From Anthoceros angustus (Eukaryota; Plantae; Anthocerotophyta), in the NCBI GenBank assembly GCA_010909165.1, contig VJWM01000445.1:1-5905 (forward strand): a stretch of DNA of 5,905 nt, given 5' to 3'. This document shows, piece by piece, positions 1 through 5,905 of this stretch (positions are counted from its first letter, which is position 1; every line of letters begins with the position of its first letter). The notes under the pieces were generated by a model. It was not told the origin of the DNA. It searched no databases and was given only the letters and a program-made list of their open reading frames with translations. Position numbers and translations under genes: made by a program.

Positions 1-640
1 GGCCTTGCTTGCCTCGGTCAGCTTCTTTCCCACCACAGCTCAGCCGCTTCACGATTTTACGTGCAATAGCATCCGGACTGATTTCTCGATCAAGGCTGCT
101 TTCACCTCGGCTGACTTTCCTAACATTGGGGCGAGGTTCGTGGTGGTCTTTATCGCCTTCTCCGTCTCGATCAAGGCCCAAACCCGCTGCCTCCTCTGTA
201 GGTTTAGCCGCCTCCTGACAGCAGCCGGTTTGAATTGAATTAGACATCCAAGCGAGTTGCATGAGTGCTCGGATCTTTAGCCTCACAACAATGGTGACAG
301 CTTCCTTGGGAACGGGTAAGCCCGCACATTCTCCCTTTGTATTCACACTTTCCAGCTTCCGATTCACGAGCCTGCTTTTCTGTCCGGCCGGGATCGATTT
401 TCAGAGGGTTGGGAATTGCTGCGGGAGGAGGCGGGCTCAACAGCCTTTGCAGCAGCCAGCGGCTTTGCCCGGTTTTCCATCAGATTTATCTCCAGCTCCA
501 GGCTTGGCTCCGGCCTTGGGTGAGTCTGGTTTTGTGACTTCCGGTCTTGGCATGAGTTTGGATGCTTTTGCTTTACTCCACCCTTCCCTTGGGCTGTGCC
601 CTTTGGATCCTTCCCACTTTGTTTCTCTGCGGTCTCTTAA
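1..640 (-). pseudogene. Exon block K: low-complexity linker and helical region, truncated by the window edge
   Basis: EVTKPDSPKAGAKPGAGDKSDGKPGK...NLAPMLGKSAEVKAALIEKSVRML resembles recalled NSLPDDLWDDEETKAELHQRVNDL. Multiple shifts and stops. A possible extra ~72-nt GTGAGG..CAG intron lies near 287-216. Confidence 0.5.
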
Positions 641-734
641 CTACGATGAATGACTCGTGAGCAAGAATGAATTAGCAAACCTTTGAATGAAAGTGGGCGA
701 GCTCCAAACCTTCTCCCCTCATTATCGCGTTTAC

Positions 735-830
735 TGGTGCTTGTTCCACATATTGCAGCCGAGTATGCAGCATGGAAAGGACCAGTTCATTGGCACATCC
801 ATTACCCAAAGTCTAGCCAAACATGGCATG
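735..830 (-). pseudogene. Exon J: MPCLARLWVMD / ANELVLSMLHTRLQYVEQAP
   Basis: Post-LID helices. The upstream intron would be only 49 nt (879-831), with an alternative acceptor at 813. Followed by a 94-nt GTAAAC...CATCGTAG intron (734-641). Confidence 0.45.
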
Positions 831-879
831 CTGGAAATGAGGTATATAGGCACCATGGGGGTGGATAGGAGGGCCTCAC

Positions 880-1034
880 GTTTTATCATCTTTAGGCGGG
901 GATCAAACAAGAGGTGATATTGACGGCCTGTCTTTGGGTCCACGCATTTTCCCAATGCACGTTTGATGGCATCTTCTTACGGTGATGTACAGTGAACAAA
1001 GCAATCCATCCAACCAGAAACCACCTTCTCCAGG
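880..1034 (-). pseudogene. Exon I: adenylate kinase LID-like segment
   Basis: SGWMDCFVHCTSP*EDAIKRALGKCVDPKTGRQYHLLFDP/PPKDDK matches the GRRxDPxTGxxYHLxFxPP LID pattern. TAA at 979-977. Donor GTGAGG at 879. Confidence 0.75.
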
Positions 1035-1122
1035 CTGCAAAGCGAAAGCAAGCCATCTTAGTTGGCTCCTATCCTTGAAAGCACCCAACAAAATAGGAGA
1101 GAACATCACCGGGGTGACTTAC
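1035..1122 (-). other. Spliceosomal intron, 88 nt
   Basis: GTAAGT...CTAAG...TTCGCTTTGCAG. Phase 2 joins LLF|LEKVVSG in frame with the LID motif. Confidence 0.85.
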
Positions 1123-1484
1123 AACAGGAGGTGGGGAGCAATGGTGGATGCGTTTGCGCTGCGAATGAGAGATCCGTCCGTAAGGTGCTTCTCCAAAAGG
1201 TCTGCTTGAGCACAAGTTGCTGGAAAAACCGTCCAGAATGAATCCCTTCTCTGCTTTTGAGTCACTGGACCTTTCTTTTGTCCCTTTTAGAGGTGATTGA
1301 GACGTTGTTGGCTTAGAGCCAGGAGGAGTTCCTCCTTTTAGCCTTCGCTGGCTTCGGTGGAGGTTTGGCTCCTCCTTTGCCTTTCTGTTTAGGAGATTCA
1401 CTGAACCTTTGGCGCTGCTTTTGGAAAGCATTGCTGAACCACTGTGACAGATTTCCCACTAGTCAAAATTTTGCTAATAGTCCC
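1123..1484 (-). pseudogene. Exon H: K/P/G-rich insert followed by GFILDGFPATCAQADLLEKHLT
   Basis: Two +1 shifts (T4 1336-1339 and A5 1224-1228) join KQKGKGGAKPPPKPAKAK, GGTPPGSKP...KAEKGFILDGF and PATCAQADLLEKHLT. Ends at donor TT|GTAAGT. Confidence 0.75.
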
Positions 1485-1595
1485 CTACAACGGTGAACAG
1501 TTGAATGAATCGAGCAGCGGCATTCTATTACCGTATTCGTCGAGGGATGTGAATGTGAGAACCAACAATTTAATCACAATGTGGTTACTGTGTAC

Positions 1596-1923
1596 CTCCA
1601 CCTCTATCAATACTAGGATGTATAGGTAATGTGTCCACACGTACATATTGAATATTTGCTTTATACCGCTTTCCACCATCCAATTCATTTTGGGCAACTA
1701 GACCTAGTCGCGCCATCGGAATAACGTAAAGTTCCAATTGAGATATTGCAGTTGCGGATGTTGCATCTTGGATCTTGTTTCGTTCCAAGGGCATCGGATC
1801 TTGTACCTTATTCCTTTCTAGGTTATGAACCTATTAAATTTCAATGGTTATGAGACCAAACTCGTTTGCTAACTTTTGGGTCAAGGTTGTTTTCCTTAAA
1901 CAACCCAAACAACACAAGCTTTT
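1596..1923 (-). pseudogene. Exon G: degenerate P-loop and start of adenylate-kinase-like domain
   Basis: KACVVWVV*GK/TTLTQKLANEFGLITIEI**...ARLGLVAQNELDGGK. The donor is uncertain: GTACGT at 1644 or GTACAC at 1595. Acceptor TTGTAG at 1485. Confidence 0.6.
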
Positions 1924-1999
1924 CTAGTAAGACAAACTAAGTAGGTTTTGATTAACAAGTACTTGCAAACAAATGTTGTAATCATAAGGATTTATTCAT
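1924..1999 (-). other. Intron (76 nt) with apparently mutated donor (GT to AT)
   Basis: GA|ATGAAT...TCTTACTAG|. Removing it yields ELPNLLEKACVV, which aligns without gaps to recalled ELPSFAVKGCLL. Confidence 0.55.
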
Positions 2000-2161
2000 T
2001 CTAAAAGATTAGGCAGCTCAGATGGTGCTGGTATATTGGGAACATGAGCAGGATCGTGTATACAACCTAGAATTAAATCTAGATGTATATTTTTCCGATA
2101 TTTAATCCCTCCCATTCTTCCTTTTCATTAATGTATTCCAAAACAAACGCAAATCAATCAT
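2000..2161 (-). pseudogene. Exon F: EYINEKEEWEG / DLILG...PAPSELPNLLE
   Basis: Resembles recalled SPEF2 EYKNMVGEW...NCILG...PELPSF. One -1 shift at T5 2090-2094. Confidence 0.6.
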
Positions 2162-2245
2162 CTAGAATGAGAAATCTTTTCATAAATGTTAAACATGTAC
2201 GTTATGTTGCAATTCTACATCTTTCCACAAGTCAAGTTACTATAC

Positions 2246-2425
2246 CTCATCGACAATCACCTCCACTTGTGTGACTTCCTCCGTAGATGCAGAGTCAAAG
2301 ATTGTAAAGGATTGGGTAGGACTGCTTCAAGAATAAAATTTTCCAATCATTCCATTTTGTATTTGGCATCACATTGTATTAGTGCTTTCCTTATAGGTCA
2401 TAGCATTTTCGGATAAACTTAAGAT
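2246..2425 (-). pseudogene. Exon E: ILSLSENAMTYKESTN / VMPNTKWNDWKILFLK
   Basis: Resembles recalled SPEF2 IVDLSTKVADYRMLTNNLIPYKLMHDWKELFF, with internal frameshifts. The 3' boundary GAG|GTATAG is tentative (84-nt intron at 2245-2162). Confidence 0.65.
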
Positions 2426-2538
2426 CTGCAAAAAAAAAACACTAAATTCATATGTGGTTTTGTATTACATTTATGGAGGTCTTGTGCTATGGATAGAACA
2501 AATCAAGGCTATATTTTCTTAAAAGTTGGAGTTGGTAC
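2426..2538 (-). other. Spliceosomal intron, 113 nt
   Basis: GTACCA...T10-GCAG|. The plus-strand A10 run at 2430-2439 is its polypyrimidine tract. Confidence 0.7.
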
Positions 2539-2607
2539 TTGCAATTAGCTCAAAACAATATCTCCTTCCATCCGCAAGTTCTTGTTCCATTTTCAATTTT
2601 TTTCTTC
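2539..2607 (-). pseudogene. Exon D: GRKKLKMEQELADGRRYCFELIA
   Basis: In phase with exon C. CFELIA aligns with recalled SPEF2 CAEILD just before IVDLS. Confidence 0.5.
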
Positions 2608-2800
2608 CCGAAAGCAATAATGCACATATATGATATGTTTGGCATGTAATCCAATAACCAAAAGAACAATTCACCGTAAACTACATCACAATCTAAATGC
2701 ATTATAGGCTCATAGTCAATATCAAATCACAAGAACAAAGTAACCACAACTTGAATAATTTTATGATAAAAATAGATTATTTTAAATTTAAAATAAATAC
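2608..2800 (-). other. Intron (193 nt) with apparently mutated acceptor (AG to GG)
   Basis: GTATTT...TTATTGCTTTCGG|. Splicing here keeps the frame: TKR-G-RKKLKMEQELADGRRYCFELIA. Confidence 0.5.
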
Positions 2801-3099
2801 CTCTCTTAGTTTACATTCTTTTGAGTTTCTGCCAATAATCCTCCCGTAACATCATCAACATTTCATGATCTCTAGCTAACACTAAATCCCATTCTTTATC
2901 ACGTTGTTACGCTATTTGCACTAATAAGATCCTATGTGCAATCCAAGAAAGCTCTTCCTCCTTCTCCATCCGTTCCGCTTCTTGTCTTCGAAGTGCTTCA
3001 TCACTAAAGTTCCGCTGAAAATCCTCTTTCTGAGCTTCTTTTTGGGCTTTTTCTTCCTCTATTGTTGATTGTTGTTGCAGTACTCTTTTCTGTAATGAT
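2801..3099 (-). pseudogene. Exon C: SPEF2 coiled-coil region
   Basis: RVLQQQSTIEEEKAQKEAQKEDFQRNFSDEALRRQEAERMEKEEELSWIAHRILLVQIA*QRDKEWDLVLARDHEMLMMLREDYWQKLKRM*TKR. TAA stops at 2909 and 2813. Ends at donor AGAG|GTATTT. Confidence 0.75.
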
Positions 3100-3199
3100 C
3101 TATTGTACGTTAGCTACGTACCATTAGTCTAAACTTGAGATCCATAAGTAGTAGGTACATGGTTTTTTGAATTATAACTTAATTATGAAGATATTTTAC
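3100..3199 (-). other. Spliceosomal intron, 100 nt
   Basis: GTAAAA...GCTAAC (branch-like)...AATAG. Confidence 0.75.
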
Positions 3200-3308
3200 C
3201 TTTCTTTTCATGATATCTGCTTGAAATCTTTTGCTCTTCTTTGGCTTTCCTCCTTTTGATGTCATCCAGCCTTTCCATCCTTTATCCGAGCCGCCTTTCA
3301 ATAAATAG
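3200..3308 (-). pseudogene. Exon B: coiled coil LFIERRLG*RMERLDDIKRRKAKEEQKISSRYHEKK
   Basis: 109 nt between AG and GT sites, with one TAA at 3284-3282. Charged helical composition. Confidence 0.7.
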
Positions 3309-3442
3309 CTATAATCAGATGAACTACAAATAATATACACCGATTCTTTTTATTCCTAGTAAGTCAACAATCTATCTTATTATTAGTCCATGGTTTTTAT
3401 CATTGTGCACATTGCTAACAATAAATTTATAGGTAAGCTCAC
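3309..3442 (-). other. Spliceosomal intron, 134 nt
   Basis: GTGAGC...CTGATTATAG. Removing it joins RLAQ|LFIERRLG in phase 0. Confidence 0.75.
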
Positions 3443-4254
3443 TTGTGCAAGACGAACGGGGTCTAATGGTAGGCTTTCATCCTCTTGCCCTTTCTTCTGT
3501 TTGGTATCTGCCTTTTTCCCCGCTTCTTTTCCTTTTTTCTCAGGTGTTGAAGCTTTCTCCTTTTTACCAGGTGACTTAATATCCCTTTTCTTCCCGTCGG
3601 GAGGAGTATCAACTCCTAGCTCATAACCTTTGTTTTCAAACTCATCAAAGTCCTTAATTGCTTGTTGTATGAGTTCTTTTTGTTGTCTCATTTGTTGCAT
3701 AGTATTCTGTTTTAATGAAATTGAAGTTGATGAGGATATGTAAGTCTTCATGGTACACTATTCAATTTTCTCTATTCTAAATATTTTGGTGATTGTTTTG
3801 AATAATGGACCTTGTGTGTAATGGAAACCTCCATGGAATAATCCAATTGTTGCATCTCGTGCCAATTACCCTAAACCAAATTCATGTCAAGATTTAAATG
3901 TAAGTATTCAAGAATATATATTTAAGGCTACCTCAAACATAAACCCCATTCTAGGTGTTAAGAATTGATCATTAAATGTTTTTTATTATCCTAATATTGA
4001 AAGTTTTGTGAAAATTACTCTAAGGCTTATGAATTGCAATTGCATATTGTTCTTCCAGCCTACTTTGAAGATATCCTTTGTTGAAAGGCCTGCAGAAAAT
4101 ATTTGAAATCAAAATTAATATCATTGATTATCTCTATGACTTTCAATCTATGCTCATCTTGAAATATTTTTCAAACATTTTCCTCAAAAATTTGGTTTAT
4201 CTTTTGTTCTTTTCTTTGAGGAAAAGAGATACATTTTATATTATATATAATCAT
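3443..4254 (-). pseudogene. Exon block A: CH-domain-like N-terminus plus K-rich linker (contains track ORF 3383-3751)
   Basis: One frame from ~4050 to 3443 reads FISLRVIFTKLSILG**KTFNDQFLTPRMGFMFEVALNIYS*ILTFKS*HEFGLG*LARD...QQKELIQQAIKDFDEFENKG...DPVRLAQ. Stops are at 3988, 3985, 3910, 3889, 3868 and 3760. An upstream frame (IFQDEHRLKVIEIINDINFDFKYFLQAFQQRISSK) joins via a frameshift near 4030-4060. The block ends at donor CAA|GTGAGC. A hidden intron inside it cannot be excluded. Confidence 0.6.
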
Positions 4255-4511
4255 CTGAATAATGAACATCAAAATCATGATTGACCAAATTTACCCATTA
4301 AGATGATCTTGTTACATGTACTAAAATTAACATAATAGGACAGGTGATAAAGAACAACACATCTTGAAATGACTATTATTTATATAGCTCATTATTTCCT
4401 CTTTTATAAAAATAAATCCCCATATAAATTGGTGAAGTCCATGTTTCCTTTACTTTCATCTAGTAACCTCCATCAATCTTGTTTAGTAATGACATGATTT
4501 GGGTCTCAATC

Positions 4512-5036
4512 AAACTTGGTAGCATGAACAATAAGCATCTAGCCAAGAAGCACAATAAGCTCATCAACATTCTATGTGATACAGTAGCTCCATAATAATC
4601 TTCCTCCTCAAACTCAAAGAGTTTGGATGATATAGGTGCTAATAACAGTGATTCATATTTCAAATCTCTTCACTACAATAAATTCACAATCGTGATGGAA
4701 ATGTTAATATATTGCACACATAATGTATCTATTGAATTTGCTCGCAATCTCCAATACATTCTTGGTATAATCATACTTCTTGAAACTTGGTAGTATGAAC
4801 AATAAGCATCTAGCCACAAAAAGCACAATAAGCGCTTATTGTTGTTCTATGTGATACACAAGTTCCTATAATAAACACCTCCTCCTCAAACTCAAAGAGT
4901 TTGCATGATATAGTAATCTTCTTCACTGTAATGATTTATTTTCAAATCTCTTTACTACAATAAATAAATTCACAATCATGATGGAAATGTTAATATATTG
5001 CTCACATAATATTATCTATTGAATATTGCTCACAAT
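4512..5036. repeat. Imperfect tandem duplication, period ~271 bp (copies 4512-4748 and 4783-5036)
   Basis: Shared blocks in both copies: aaacttggtag(c/t)atgaacaataagcatctagcca, cctcctcaaactcaaagagtttg, ttcaaatctctt, aaattcacaatc(g/a)tgatggaaatgttaatatattgc. Confidence 0.9.
4825..4842. repeat. Perfect 18-bp palindrome acaataagcgcttattgt
   Basis: The sequence equals its own reverse complement. It is present only in the second repeat copy. Confidence 0.9.
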
Positions 5037-5299
5037 AATCTGTCAAGTGGTATTGATCAATCTTCGGTGATAATAAAGTTCTTGCAAAATTCTTCTAAAA
5101 ATGAAGTTCAAAATAACATGTTTTTTATTAAAATTTATTCTTAAATTAAATATTTGAATATGTACTATGCATATATAATTATGATACCTAGGTCTCCTAT
5201 AATGAGTTAGCAAAGTTAATCCATTTGTTACAAATAGGGAGCTGTCGATCGATACTACAAAGGTGGTGCTAACTATTTGAGATGCCTCGTTCTTCAAAA

Positions 5300-5905
5300 C
5301 TCACTTTTCATGTCTCTCCACTTTCTTGCCATCTCTACTCCTATGGTACCTATTTGTCGTCGAGATGTAATGCAATTTCTCTTATCTTTGGCTCAATTTG
5401 CATCTAGACACTGGTATGTTGGTGTCACAATTTGGAGATAAAGGTAGATCTGGGGGTCAGTGCGTGGAGAGAGCATCATCGGCCCAAAGGCGATGGCACG
5501 AGGTCATGGCGAATCCTCGGAAGGTGAGGCTGATTCCCTCCCCGTGTGCTAATGTTTTGGGCTGCCAAAGAATTGGGCAGGAATGGAGCTTTAATTGGCG
5601 AGCATCACGCACATTGTGTGTGGATCGAACAAGTCGTGAGCTAAGTGGTACTTGTTCAAATTCCGGAAAAGTGCAACAAAGAAAGATTTCTCAAGCGCCA
5701 TTCTAGGCGGAAAAAATCTCCCCAGACTCGTTGTAGATGAGGCAGCAAAGCGATGACAATTTTGGTAGCCTAAACATGGAGGTGATGGAGAAGTTGCTGC
5801 TTTTCGAGGTGATCTTGCTCGATCAAGGTACTATGAAGAAGAAGGCATGCAACAAAGAAGGGAACTCTGATTATCCCCTTGGTGAGAGATTGCTTTGCTT
5901 CAAAT
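5300..5905. other. GC-richer, coding-like segment of unknown identity and orientation (decayed exon or TE fragment)
   Basis: GC and CpG rise relative to 3600-5300. Protein-like text appears in the plus frame from 5448 (NWAGMEL*LASITHIV...KWYLFKFRK) and in its exact antisense frame (MALEKSFFVALFRNLNKYHLAHDLFDP). I recognise no motif. Confidence 0.25.

Larger units (their letters stand above)
1..4254 (-). pseudogene. SPEF2: Degraded, intron-containing SPEF2/CPC1 (sperm flagellar protein 2, central-pair C1b) homolog; 3' end lies beyond the left edge
   Basis: Manual minus-strand translation gives several collinear blocks resembling SPEF2 as I recall it: GFILDGF/PATCAQADLLEKHLT vs ILDGFPMTLNQAQLLEEALT; WNDWKILFLK vs HDWKELFFN; ELPNLLE|KACVV..*GK/TTLTQKLANEFGL vs ELPSFAVKGCLLGKTLSGKTTILRSLQKDF; ARLGLVAQNELDGGK vs AQLGAKSEQLLKKGK; AEVKAAL vs EETKAEL; KEEELSWIAHRILLVQIA*QRDKEWDLVLARD vs EKEVLWQNRIFREKQHEERRLKDFQDALDRE. 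The blocks are separated by GT..AG introns and interrupted by many stops and frameshifts. The start codon at 4254 is tentative. Confidence 0.85.

Noticed and set aside
84-177. 13-bp direct repeat tctcgatcaaggc (84-96 and 165-177)
   Set aside because: It encodes ALIE twice within a helical exon, and no insertion structure lies between the copies, so it is not a target-site duplication.
1-1450. Retrotransposon gag or transposase ORF (initial impression from the GC-rich, degenerate frames)
   Set aside because: No CCHC knuckle, RT, integrase or DDE motif, and no LTR or TIR seen. The segment has spliceosomal introns and continues the SPEF2 block order.
1395-1455. Homeodomain-like WFxN in LSQWFSNAFQKQRQR (minus strand)
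   Set aside because: No preceding helices or invariant residues, and it lies inside the SPEF2 low-complexity insert. Probably a chance match.
2430-2439. A10 run as a retroposon poly(A) tail
   Set aside because: It is the minus-strand polypyrimidine tract directly before a GCAG acceptor.
3860-3990. Fungal RIP or rust-type TCG hypermutation
   Set aside because: Two TGA stops fit TCG to TTG, but others arise at CAA/CAG. Too few sites to infer a context, and ordinary methylation-deamination explains them.
2801-4254. Stop-codon reassignment (TAA/TAG = Gln) or U-to-C RNA editing making the gene functional
   Set aside because: All three stop types occur in frame together with frameshifts and broken splice sites. 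U-to-C editing is known from plant organelles, not from nuclear intron-containing genes.
5-4284. Plus-strand ORFs in the track (e.g. 5-238, 261-653, 3390-3626, 4078-4284)
   Set aside because: They are antisense shadows of minus-strand exons, with F/S/L-rich composition mirroring K/E-rich codons.
4379-4386. TATATAAA box on the minus strand ~125 nt upstream of the putative ATG
   Set aside because: Such motifs are common by chance in DNA this AT-rich, and the start codon is uncertain.
4460-4663. 67-aa minus-strand ORF as a real gene
   Set aside because: It lies in one copy of the tandem repeat, the frame is not preserved in the other copy, and I recognise no domain.
1-5905. CRISPR array, rRNA or tRNA genes
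   Set aside because: No regularly spaced repeats, cloverleaf or rRNA signatures were seen.

Overview
Eukaryotic nuclear DNA with short, AT-rich, plant-style introns. Positions ~4254 to 1 on the minus strand hold a heavily decayed, intron-containing copy of a SPEF2/KPL2/CPC1-family gene (sperm flagellar protein 2, a ciliary central-pair C1b protein). The ORF track misses it because it is broken by about 11 exons, many in-frame stops, several frameshifts and at least two apparently mutated splice sites. Manual splicing recovers the family domain order: N-terminal calponin-homology-like region, coiled coil, a WNDWKILF block, then an adenylate-kinase-like domain (degenerate P-loop, GFILDGFP motif, LID-like GKCVDPKTGRQYH), a K/P/G-rich linker and a helical region that runs off the left edge. 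Upstream are a ~271-bp-period tandem duplication containing an 18-bp palindrome (4512-5036) and an unidentified GC-richer, coding-like island (~5300-5905). All homology calls rest on my recall of SPEF2/CPC1 sequences, not on a database search. The source organism cannot be determined from the window.
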